A DNA stretch of 64,000 nt from the human T2T-CHM13v2.0 reference genome, Homo sapiens, in the NCBI RefSeq assembly GCF_009914755.1, contig NC_060941.1, one strand, 5' to 3'. Position numbers and translations under genes: made by a program. This document shows positions 1 to 31,689 of the stretch, one piece after another (position 1 is the stretch's first letter; the number at the start of each line of letters is the position of its first letter). The notes beneath the pieces are model-generated. The model was not told where the DNA came from and searched no databases. It saw only the letters and a list, made by a program, of their open reading frames with translations.

Positions 1-73
1 CCAAAATGTCTCCAAATGAATTAAAGAAGCCACAGTCAACCCACATGAATGTGCCAACAAGCATTTTCATTTC

Positions 74-79
74 TTTATT
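74..79 (-). terminator. Polyadenylation signal AATAAA of the galectin gene
   Basis: tttatt at 74-79, ~545 nt downstream of the stop codon. Confidence 0.8.
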
Positions 80-623
80 TTAAGGACACTGGGAAAGGAG
101 CCAGTCCCCTGAAGAGAACACTCTGGTCAGTTGGTGGAGGCCAGTGGGAAGCCATCAGACCTGCTTTCCAGGAGGGGTGAAGGGTTGGTGCAGGGTGCAA
201 GGTGAGAGTGAGGTTAAAGGTCAGAGAGGAGGGGCTGAGGAGGCCATCTCCCACCAGGAGCAGACAGCTGGTGGCTTGAGACTGGGGTGGAGCTGCGTGG
301 GGGATGGGAGGGGACTGAGCATGGGGCTTCATCTTCACTGCCCACTCCTCCCCTCTCCCTGGCTGTGCCCGCCTTCTGGGATTGTAGGATTCCAGCAGCT
401 GGCGCCCCAGGTGCTGCTGCGGCTGAGGAAGGCAATCCCAGTCAGCTGCCTTCTCGATTCCAGGGTGGCTGTAGCCAGAAGCAGGACCAGATAAGGACAT
501 GGCCTCTGCATTAAAGCCCAGATCCCAGGCACGGTTGGAAAGGCTGGGCCTGGGAAGTGGGGATGATGAGAGGACCCAGACTGCCCCACACCCTAGCCCC
601 CGGCCCCAGGGCCAGGGAGCCGC

Positions 624-18146
<17,523 letters not shown>

Positions 18147-18226
18147 CTCCACCGCCTCCGTGGCCACCACTGCCTTTGACACCTGCCAGGCAGTCCTTTG
18201 CAGAAGGAATGACTTAACAAAGTAAT

Positions 18227-18350
18227 AGAAACCAAAGCAACTTGGCTCTTATTCAATGGGGAGGAGCCGGCAGCAAGAGGAAGTGGGTCCAGAGAGAGAA
18301 AGGTGGTAGGGTGCTGGTTGAACTGGGGTGACACTCATAGAGGGAAGTAG
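18227..18350 (-). promoter_or_regulatory. Galectin-9B proximal promoter/5'UTR with IRF-type and ETS/PU.1-type motifs
   Basis: AGAAACCAAAGC (18227-18238, ISRE/IRF-E-like), AAGAGGAAGTG (18275-18285, PU.1-type), second GGAAGT near 18343; no TATA box seen. Galectin-9 is known to be interferon-inducible; motif function is inferred. Confidence 0.55.
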
Positions 18351-19532
18351 GCACTCCCAGCCCCAGTGACCTTTCCCTCCTCCCTCTCCTGTGCTCAACC
18401 CAAGCCTGAAGCATATTTGGTTCATAGAGGTCTACAATGCTTGACCACACTGACATGACAGTGAGTTGCCAGATGACACTGCCCAGAAGTATGTGGCTGG
18501 GTGTCCTAAGCATGCTTGGCCACTGGTTCCAGAAAATAATGGGGCTGGGCATTGCCTGTGCACAGGGTGCTTGTGGGGAAGGGCGGCTTCAACCCATTTT
18601 ACATATAGAGAAGCTGAGGCTCAGAGTCTGAGGGACATGCCCCAGGTCACACAGCTAATTCGTGGCAGCCTGAGCTATATGAAGATTCTCAGAATCTTCA
18701 AGAAGTATTTCTCCTCTTTAAATTTCTATTCTTCATGTTAAAACATAATTATGTAGAAGGGAATATTTTGCATGAAAAACACTATAATGAAGATTTTTAT
18801 TCTAGAGTATGGGGTGCCCAGGAGCTTCTGATCCTCCCCCTCAGTGAATCTCTCTTTCTTCTCTTCTCCATCCTTATTTTGTGAGCTTTAGGATGGGGAG
18901 AGAAGTCTTGGACATAATAGAACATTTCAAGTGACATGGGAGTGGGAAGGAACATATGGCATGAACTGCCTTTAATTGGCTTCAGCACCTAGTTAGGGGA
19001 AATAATTGGCTGAAACAGAGAATAACAGGATAGGCTGCAGAGGGGAGAGGGAGCCATGAAATAAACTTACCTGAAGTTGACCAGGTCCCAACGATGTGCT
19101 GGCGAGAAGGCCCAGAACTCAAGCTGGGGATGGGCGGGTAAGGACCATACAGGCTCGAGGGGATGGCAGGTGCCCCAGGCCATACGTGAGTCTGCACCTC
19201 TCTTCCTTCCTGTGTTCTGCCTAGATGCACTAGAATTTGCAGACGAACTCCTTTGAGATGTTCCCATAGACTGAGGCCGTGTGTGTCGTCTGCACTCACC
19301 ATCCCATTATGTTCTGGATCAAGTAGAATTTGACCAAGTTAAGGAGTAGACAGTACAAGGGGAGCAGAAAGGAGAGAAAAGAAGGGAAATTCTTTGCAAT
19401 CCTCTCGAACACCAGGAATATTTTCATCACGTCACGTCATTTGTAGCAATCACCAATTGATTGGGATATGGAACAACTGGAACTATCATTCATAGCAGAC
19501 TTGAGTGTAAAATAATCCAACTTAGAAAAATG

Positions 19533-19881
<349 letters not shown>

Positions 19882-20310
19882 CTACTTCAAAGTTGCTGGC
19901 TTTTCTACTTCTGAAAAATTACCCAAGAGAAAGGAAAACATATTTGTCTGTTTTTAAAAGCTTTACTCGTCATAGCCCCAGGCTGGTAACAATGCAAATA
20001 GTCACCAACAGAAGAAGGGAGAAATGAATTGTGGTTTTCACACTACAGAGTGGCCCTCAGCAATAAAAAGGAGCTAGGCCACAGGAAACGTCAATGAGCC
20101 TTGCAACTGAGCGGAAGAAGCCAGATCCAAACAGACACATGCTGTGAGAATTCCATTCGAGTCAAGTTGAACAACAGGCCAGAGTGGCGTTACCCTTGGG
20201 AGTCACTGACTGGGAGGGGCACGAAGGAGTCTTCGAGAGGCTGGAAATGTTCTGGATCTGGTTCTGGGTGGTGGTCCCACAGGTGTTTACATCCATTAAC
20301 AACAGGCTGA

Positions 20311-20639
<329 letters not shown>

Positions 20640-21109
20640 TTATTCTACCTAGACAATATCGCCATAAAATACTGCTAAAAGAAAAAATCTCCCAGAGCCC
20701 AAGGAGACACAGGCACAGCTAAGAGTTCCAGCAGTTTAGCACCTTAGCATCACCTTGAGCCTTGGAGGTGAGTCACAGTTAAGCAGCTTCACTAGTGAGT
20801 CCAGCCCATAAAGGAGGGCCCTCTGCTCCATGCCCTGTCTGGAGGGGCCCCAGTAAGGTCATACCCAAAGGCTGACATGTTTTTAGACTAATCAACACAG
20901 TAGGGAGGCACTTCGAGGCACAGTGCCAGGCCACTGAGAGTTCTGACTTCGGCACCCTTCAGTCACCACAATCCATTCCCAGTGGTTAGCTCTGGTCTTC
21001 AGGAGACTAGAAGCAGCCCTCAGGAATGTTCCTGCTCAGAGCTCTAGTGTTCAAAGTCACAGACCCTTCTCAGAGGCTCTCTCTTCTCTGCCCTAGAGAC
21101 TGAGGGAGT

Positions 21110-22050
<941 letters not shown>

Positions 22051-22533
22051 TTAATATTGGCTCTTGGCTAAGATCTTAGCTGAGGCCATTGACTAGAACA
22101 CCTGCAAGTGGCTTTTCCACATGGCTTGGGCTTCCCCACAATATGGTGGCTGGAGTCCACGGGTGAGCATTCCCAGTGAGAGCCAGGTGGAACTTACATC
22201 CCTTTTATAACCTAGCCTCAGAAGCCATCCAGTGCCATTTCCACCACATTCTATTTGTTGAGGCAATCACATGAGCACCACCCAGGCTCAAGGGGAGGGG
22301 AAAGAGACCTCACCTCTAGACAGGAGGCAGCAAGAGGTTGAAAGAGCACCTGGGACCAGGAATATTTGGAAAATTCAATGCCTGCCGCAGACAATAAGTA
22401 AGTGCTGGACTCCTCTGGGCACTGGGGTACAGAGAGAATTGGACATAGTCCCAGCCTTAAGCATCTCATATTCCAAAGGGTAAGATGGATATACAGCTGG
22501 GCTACATGGCTTCAAGGAGGAAGTGCACAGAGA

Positions 22534-22833
22534 TTTTTTTTTTTTTTTTTTGAGACAGAGTCTGTCTCTGTCGCCCAGGCTGGAGTGCAATGGCGCCATC
22601 TCAGCTCACTGCAAGATCCCCCTCCAGGGTTCAAGGATTCTCCTGCCTCAGCCTCCTGAGTAGCTGGGATTACAGGCACCCACCACCACACCCGGCTAAT
22701 TTTTTGTATTTTTAGTACAGACAAGCTTTCACCATATTGGCCAGGTTGATCTCGAACTTCTGACCTCAGGTGATCCACCCACCTCGGCCTCCCAAAATGC
22801 TGGGATTACAGGTGTGAGCCACCGTGCCCGGCC
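22534..22833 (-). mobile_element. AluS
   Basis: Alu dimer; TSD-like agattttt on both sides. Confidence 0.88.
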
Positions 22834-25151
22834 AAGATTTTTTGTTAAAGTTAATATAGTTGCTTATGTGCTGGACATCATTCTAGGTGTCTTACAATTA
22901 ACTTTATGTCAGTTTTATGAAGCAGGCACAAATAATAATCCCCATTCTACCTGGAAAGAAACAAAAGCACGGAGAGGTGAAGCAACTTGCCCACAGTCAC
23001 ACAGAGGCAAAGTGCCAGAGCCGGGACTCAGCCCGGGCAGTCCCGCAGTGGAGTCTGTGCTGCTCACCACGGCACCACCCCACCTCTCTTCTCAGATGCC
23101 CCCTCATGGGATGGACCTACTTTCACGGACCTCAACGTCTTTGCAGGGAACATGGGCCTGAGTGACTGCACTCTGTCCCTAGGGAGTGAGGAGGGTTCTG
23201 CCAAGTGGTTTCATTTTGATCACTGTTTTCTGTGCCTGGGGGGTGGGAAGCCCAGAATGGCACAGCTCAGCTCCTAGTCCTATCAACTCACTCTCATCCA
23301 GGGCTGATTCCAGAGGGGTGGCAGGGAATGAGGGGTGGGGGTTGCTCTGCTGAACAGGAAGGAACACTGAGTCCATTCTCTTTTGTATCTGGGGATCCCC
23401 AGAGAAGAATGCAACATGGTATGAAAGAGTGGAACGCCAGCTTCTAGGGGAGCCCCAGTGTCCAACAAGGGCACACACTTTGGGAGTCAGCCAGGCCTGG
23501 CCCCAATTCCAAGCTCCTTCACTTCCAGGCGGGATGATGCTGTGCAGGCTACTTCACTGCAGTAACCCCCAGTTTTCCCTTCTGTACATGGGGGTGATAT
23601 TTTCTCACATGACTTCCCTGATGTGAAATGAGAGAACACATGTAAAGCACCTAGCATGATCCTGCCACGTAGTAGGCAGTCAGTGACCATCTCTCCCTTT
23701 GGCCAGGCTTCCTGGCATGTGCCGGACCTAGACCCTGTCCCCCAAGGAATCTGACCAACACACTGCAGTGTGGGCTTTCACCTCCCTTGTTTCTACACAC
23801 TCTACCACCAGTGATGTCACCTAAGATTATTTTATTATTTTGGCAGCCATATCCCTCAGTGGTTCTCATCAACTAAAATCCTACAGTTCTTTCCACAGGT
23901 AGCAGCTGCTTCTCAGTGTCCTCCCAGCGGCCATCATAAATGACCTGGCTGCAGTGATAGTTGTGCTGTTACAGAAATATGGAAAATCCCAGGCCACTTC
24001 CTGCACACCTCAGGACCTGTTTCCTTCCACACTAAAGGCTTGCTCAATACCCCAACGAAGGAGAGATGGGTAAGATTCAGAACCCAGGCCTCCCGCACCC
24101 TCCCTCTGATGAGCCCTATTCCTGAGGCGTATTGTCCAGCCATTTGCTCAAGGGAGAAAGACAGTAGATGCTCAGTTCCTACTTGGTGATGAGAAGGTGA
24201 CTGAGAAGCGTGTGTCTACTTCTTCAGTGCGGCTCTGCCTCCCAGCCTAGAAACTGACTGAAATAACAACCAACAATTTTAAAGGTGGGATGTGGGCGGG
24301 AAGTGGAAATCTACATTCACACTGGAAACTAGAGTGTTGTCACGGGCCGTCCACATGCTGCGAGCATTGAACGTGATGCGTTGCCAGAGCTCACGTGGGC
24401 TGGAAAGAAGGCATCACCGGGTCACTGCAATCAATGCACAGCTTCCCTTCTGGGAATGGACTTAGTGATCCTGGAAGGGAGGTGCAGATCCTGGCTGGAT
24501 GAGGGCAGCCATCAGGCTTTGAACATTCACTTTATGTGCTAAGTGCTTCACACACTTCATTGATTTGGTCATCACCACAAGCCTGCCAAGTAGCAAGATC
24601 CCACTTCCCTTATCAACAAGGAGACGGAGGTTCCAGGAGGTGCAGGAACCCGTAGCGGGGCTGAGGGCTGTCTTGGTGTCCCCCATGGACTCAGGGGACT
24701 GGGGAAAGGGGAGTTAGTGTTTAATGGGAGTTTCATTTGGAGATGAAAAGGTTCTGGAGATGGATGGTGGTGATGGTTGCATAACAGTGTGAATGTACTT
24801 AATGCTAGTAATTTGTACATTTCCAAATGGTTTAAATGATAACTTTTATATTCTGTACACTTTACCACATAAAAAAGGTGGGGGGAGGAAGGCAATCACT
24901 GCTAGGTTGCTGTGGTAACTCTGCAAGTGTATATAAAGGTATCAGGAAGAAAAAGCTAAAATACTCACTTACAGTCTCCCATTGTTTTGCTCCAGAATCC
25001 ACACACCTGCTCTGTCTCTGCAATGTACATAATTAAAAGAATGCAGGTGCTCGGCCTGATTGAATTGAGCCTGCTTCCCCCTCAACTGCTATTATATTCC
25101 AGATGGGATAATGTGGTCAACCCAAAGTTCTGAGTCTGAAGCCTGCCCTTT

Positions 25152-25343
25152 TTGTGTTAAAAGTGAGATCAGACCCAGGCGTGGTGGTGTGCACTTGTAG
25201 TCCCAGCTGCTTGGGAGGCTGGGGCAGGAGGATCGCTTGAGCTTAGGAGTTCCACACAGTAGCATGCTATGATTATGTCTGTGAATAGCCACTGCAGTCC
25301 AGTCTGGGTGACAGAAACAGACCCGCATCTCTTAAAAAAAAAA
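25152..25343 (+). mobile_element. FAM (fossil Alu monomer, 7SL-derived)
   Basis: Monomer with the 7SL-type tgtgaatagccactgca segment. Confidence 0.7.
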
Positions 25344-25347
25344 ATGT

Positions 25348-25635
25348 GGCCAGACATGGTGGTTCACACCTGTAATCCCAGCACTTTGGGAGGCTGAGGA
25401 GGGTGGATCATGAGGTCGGGAGTTCAAGACCAACCTGGCCAACATAGTGAAACCCCGTCTCTACTAAAAATACAAAAATTAGCCAGGCATGGTGGCAGGC
25501 ACCTGTAATCCCATCTATTTGGGAGGCTGAGGTAGGAGAATCACTTGAACCCAGGAGGCGGAGGTTGCAGTGAGCCATTGCACTCCAGCCAGGGCAACAA
25601 TGCAAGACTCTGTCTCAAAAAAAAAAAAAAAAAAA
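25348..25635 (+). mobile_element. AluS
   Basis: Alu dimer with poly-A; an inverted FLAM follows at ~25699-25847. Confidence 0.88.
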
Positions 25636-25722
25636 TGCAATCAACACCGGTGGAGAGGAGGTACTGGCATCAACCTGAGCCTTTCTCTTTTAAAAAAATT
25701 ATTTATTTATTTATTTATTTAA

Positions 25723-25860
<138 letters not shown>

Positions 25861-26513
25861 TGAGGTCATCAGAAGGGTTGAAAGACACTTGAAAATAACA
25901 TCCTCACTGTGTGATGCCAGGGTATTTAATCCTGCATCTGTGAAGGTAAAGTGTTCTAGCAGACTAGCAGACAGGGTCCGGTTCTCACTGCGCAGCCCTG
26001 TTGAGGAGAGCAGGAACTGCAGGGGCTGGGGCTGTCCAATGACCAAGAGAAGAACAATTAGGCAGAGCGGACAGAGCTCAGAGCCCTGCATGTGAGCATG
26101 TTGTTCCCCACGTCCCCACCCCAACTCTTGTTGCTTTTCGCTGCACTGTTGGGGGAGACCCCCTTTCTACTGAATCTCACTGACACCATGTCACGCTCCC
26201 ATCATGGACTCTGGGCCTTGGGGAGAGCCACCGTGGTCTGTGGCGGGTCAGAGCATGTAACTAGAGCACACAGTGTGTGGCAGCCAAAAGCTGGAAGGTG
26301 AACATACAGTTGACACTTCCTGATGCTGGGCGTAGCAGCTTGGAATCAGCTCCAGATGCCTCCCAGTGACAGTGGAGCTGTCAGAACCTGCAACTTGGTG
26401 GCCTGCAGCCAATTCCAGTCTGCAAACTTGTTTTGTTTGTCCTATAAACTGTTTTAAAAATGTAAGCCAACTTCTGAAAATTGGGAGATTTCACATAAAA
26501 TTCCACACTTCTA

Positions 26514-26883
<370 letters not shown>

Positions 26884-26935
26884 TTAAATTTAATTTAATT
26901 TTCACAAAGACAGAATTGAATAATGCAACTTATAA

Positions 26936-27319
<384 letters not shown>

Positions 27320-27821
27320 TGAAGTGACTCAACAGGACATCTCAAGCCACAGTTCCCGAAGGGATAGCAATGGTGCCGTGAGGGAGGGGTTGTGGTGTCT
27401 TCGTTTCTGTCAATGGGGGGGAATCTGCTCTCAGCCCCACACCAGTGGGGGAGCTTCCATCTCTACAAAAGGGAGTGGAATGAAAGAATATGCACATCCG
27501 AGAATGGCAGTCCCAGGAGAATTCCTGAGGAGAAGGCAGAAAAGGCCCAATGAGCAGGAAACAGGGAGAAACAGGAAGCCGCAGGGCAACCTCCCCAGAG
27601 AGAGGGTCCCACTCCTCTCCTGTCCCCTCCCCACCCATCTGGGCAGACCTCATCCCATCTCAGCATAAAGCTCCAACAGCTCTGACCACTCCTGCTCACC
27701 GTGACCCATTCTCCACACTGTAGCCACAGTGGTCTCTCTACCCACGAATGTCTAGTGCCTCCCTCTTCAACCTTCCAGACTCTGTCCTCCTTCATTGTGG
27801 ATGGAAACCAGGTAGGGCTAG

Positions 27822-27995
27822 ACAGGACTAGCTGCATGGGCCTACGACCTGTGCAGTCACAGAGGGCCCCGGTGTTAAGGGCCCCACACTTGGTTTAATG
27901 CTCTGCTATAACTGCCTTGACATCCCTCATGACACATGACCAAGAGATCCACATTTCCATTTTCGGTGGGCTCTGCAAATATGTAGCCACTTCTG
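27822..27995 (+). mobile_element. MER45A-like hAT-Tip100 MITE
   Basis: gacctgtgcagtcacagagggcccc...cttggtttaatgctctgct...gcaaatatgtagcc; match to recalled consensus. Confidence 0.6.
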
Positions 27996-29013
27996 GTACC
28001 CAGCCTCACCCACTGAGGATTCATCTTTAAGTCCAGGCTTCGAGGCTCAGGAATGTAAATGAAGTCACATTTCTGTTTAATAACAAAATTACCAGACTTG
28101 AAACTCAAACCTCCTTAATCACAGTCTTCAGCCAGGCCCTATTCCTGAGGGTGTCTGGGCCTTCTGGGCCTCCCTTTTGGGAGCCAAGTCTGTTGCACAA
28201 ACCTGCTGGCTTGGCAGTGTGCCTCAGCCAGCCCAATGGTGCCAGGCTCTGGGCAGCAGACTCAGTGCAGTGCCCAGTCCTCCCCTTGAGCAGCTGGCAT
28301 CCTACAGTGCCCAGGCCACCTGGCTGAGGTGGGCTCCAAGTTTCTCTGTAGATTTTCTCTCCTGATAGCTAAGGCCATCAGGCAAGGTCTGACAATTCTT
28401 TAGAAGGTTTAGAGAGAAGATTCTCATGTTTAGCTAACATGCGCTGAGCAGCTCCTACATGCAAGGTGCTGCTCTAAGCACTTTTAGCGCACATTCCAGG
28501 AACCTCACCATCACGCTATGAGGGAAGTACTGTTCATGACTGCTGCCTAGTTATTACAAGGAAACTGATGTTCAGGAAGATTAACTGCACCTCACTGGCC
28601 ACTCCTTCTCATCTTCCTGCTGGGTTTACCTCATTGTCTAACCTCTAAGTGCAGAGGCCCTGGGCAGGCCTCGATTCTCTCCTCCTTTCAGTCCACCCTC
28701 TCACCCCTGTTGGTCTTCTGCAACCTCACTCAGCCACCTAATCTATCAAATGACTGTGAACTCCAGATTCCACCTGCCTCTCAGCATCTCTGCGTGGATT
28801 TCTAACAGACAAGCTCAAACTCTGTGCATCCAGAACAGAGCTCCTGATCCCCCATCCCCAACTTCCTGCTTCTGTAGGCTTCCCCCATCTTAGACACTTG
28901 CTTGACCAAAACCACTGGAATCATTCTTAATTCTTCTCTACCCGAAATCTAATTCATTACCAAATACTGTCAGCTAGACTTTAAAAATATATGCACACAC
29001 AAAACATTATATG

Positions 29014-29372
29014 CAGATGCTCCTTGACTTATGATGGGGTTACATCCCAACAAACCCGTCGTAGGCTGAAAATATCAGGTTAAAAATGCATCTAATACAC
29101 AACCTATGAAACATCATAGCTTAGCCTAGCCTACTTTACACGTGCTCAGAACACATACATTAGCCTACAGTTGAGCAACATCATCTAACACGAAGCTTAT
29201 TTTATAATAAAGTGGTGACTATCTTACATAATTTATGGAATACTGTACTGAAAGTGAAAAACAGAATGGTTTTATGGGTACTTGGCATGATTTCTGCTGC
29301 ATGTATATGGCTTTCATACCACAGTAAAGTCAAAAATTGTAGGTTGAACCATTGTAAATCAGGAAATGTCTG
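29014..29372 (+). mobile_element. MER47A-like TcMar-Tigger MITE
   Basis: cagatgctccttgacttatgatggggttacatccc...catcatagcttagcctagcctac...tctg followed by TA; match to recalled consensus. Confidence 0.75.
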
Positions 29373-29480
29373 TATGTATAGCTCTATAGATAGATAGATC
29401 ACAATAAAATTGATAAATTAGACTTCTTCAAAATTCAAAACTTTTGCACTTCCAAAGACATCATTAAGAGAGTGAAAATA

Positions 29481-29775
<295 letters not shown>

Positions 29776-30135
29776 TAATTAAAAAAAGAAGACTCCTAGG
29801 TGTCTGGCCTGGGCAGCAGGGTGGATGGTAGCACTGTTTACTGAGATGAAGATTAAAACAGGAGCAGATTGGCGGGTGGCTATAAGCCAGAGTTGAGTTT
29901 TTGATGTGAGATGCCTATCAGATGAAAGTGCCAAGGAGGCAGTTATATTCCCAAGTCTGTGCTTAGAGGGAGACCAAGCAGGAGAGAGGACGTGGGAGGG
30001 GCACATGAAGATGCTTTACACAGCCAGGAACATGGATGATGTCACAGGAGACAGTGTAGACAGAGAAGAGATGAGGAAGCAGGACCACCCTCATCAGGAC
30101 TGAGCCTGTGGGATTCCAGTTTCTCTTTATGAATA

Positions 30136-30206
30136 TTTTCTTTCTCCTCTCCTCTCCTCTCCTTTCTCTTTCTTTCTTTCTCTTTCTTTCTTTCCTTCCT
30201 TCCTTC

Positions 30207-30256
<50 letters not shown>

Positions 30257-30293
30257 TTCCTTCCTTCCTTCTTTCCTTCCTTCTTTTTTTTTT
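30136..30293. repeat. Compound (CTCCT)n/(TTTC)n/(TTCC)n microsatellite grown from an Alu tail
   Basis: Pure pyrimidine run; source of the spurious K/E/R-rich and F/L/S-rich ORFs. Confidence 0.95.
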
Positions 30294-30568
30294 GACAAGG
30301 TCTTGCTTGTTGCCCAAATTGGAGTGCAGTGGCAAGATCTCGGCTCACTGAAGCCTTGACTTCCCAGGCTCAAGTGATTCTCCCACCTCAGCCTCCCAAG
30401 TAGCTGGGACCACAGGTGCGCAGCACCAGGCCTGACTAATTTCTTATTTTTCGTAGAGATGGGGTCTTGCTATGTTGCCCAGGCTGCTCTCCAACTCCTA
30501 GATCCAAGTGATCTTCCCACCTTGGCCTCCAAAGTGCTAGGATTACAGGCGTGAGCCACTGTGCTGGG
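30280..30568 (-). mobile_element. AluJ
   Basis: Alu dimer with microsatellite tail. Confidence 0.85.
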
Positions 30569-31347
30569 GCTTGTAAATATTTATTGAGTGAATGAGACAT
30601 TCTTCAGCCCTAAGTAAAGTTGATGGCCTCCTAAGCGATTAGATTAGAAACTCCCACAGTCAGATGTGGGCAGAAGACAAGGAGGCAGCCTCATAGGCTG
30701 AGAGGAGCTGCCAGTGAGGACAAAGAAAGCCTGCTGCACTGGGATGAACCCCACACTCCTTGGCAGAGCGTAGGCTACCCTGGGCCATCTGCCTGCCGCC
30801 TTCCTCTCCACTCTCATCTCTTCCTGCCATCCTTTTTTCCTTTTTGGGCCAATTTTAGTATTTTCCCTAATGCATTCTATTGCTTCAGACCTTCACACAT
30901 GCTGTCCCCTCTCTAGGATTACAAAGTCACATGAACTCATTATCAGTAAGTCTAACACAATGGAAACACACAACAGAGTAGAAGCTGGCCAGCACCCCTG
31001 CTCTCCATTAGTAAGCATTTGCGCTATGTGTTCGCAGATGTGTTTTCTGCGCATATTCTAATGCACTCTCTCTCACACACATGCATGCCAGAATTTCCTC
31101 CCTGCCTCCAAAATGGGAAATACCTCCTTTAATGCACGCCTTCTCCTCTTAATGCATTACAGACTCTTTCCACATACATAGACAGCACATACTTGCTTAT
31201 GCTTATATTTCAGTACAAATGTACATACAGTACATTTCAGTACACAGAGAGGTGCCTTGTTCTTTAAGATACATCTTTACAGTTTGGTTGTATGGATTAA
31301 TCACAATATATTTAAACAACTGCATTAATGAAGCATTCCCCCATCCC

Positions 31348-31672
31348 TTTCTTTCTTTCTTTCTTTTTTTTTTTTAAACAGGAGTCTTGCTCTGTTGCCC
31401 AGGCTGGAGTGCCATGGCATGATATCAACTCACTGTAACCTTCACCTCCCAGGTTCAAGTGATCCTCCCACCTAAGCCTCCCAAGTAGCTGGGATTACAG
31501 GTGCCCTCCACCATGCCTAGATTTTTTGTGTGTGTGCATGTATTTTTTTAATAGAGATGTATTTTTTTCACCATGTTGGTCAGGCTGGTCTCAAACTCCT
31601 GACCTGAACAGATCCACCTGCCTTAGCCTCCCAAAGTGCTAAGATTACAGGTATAAGCCACTGTGCCCGGCC
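31348..31672 (-). mobile_element. Alu inserted in the A-rich end of the TNPO1 retrocopy
   Basis: Alu dimer flanked by ctttctttcttt on both sides. Confidence 0.85.
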
Positions 31673-31689
31673 ACACTTTCTTTCTTTTT

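Noticed and set aside
24925-24975. TATATAAA box plus tandem minus-strand donor-like motifs (gtaagtgagt)
   Set aside because: No linked exon, ORF or acceptor could be supported from the sequence.
25152-25343. 7SL RNA gene
   Set aside because: Lacks the S domain and is diverged; fits a FAM monomer.
29963-30373. K/E/R-rich and F/L/S-rich ORFs
   Set aside because: Translations of a microsatellite and an Alu.
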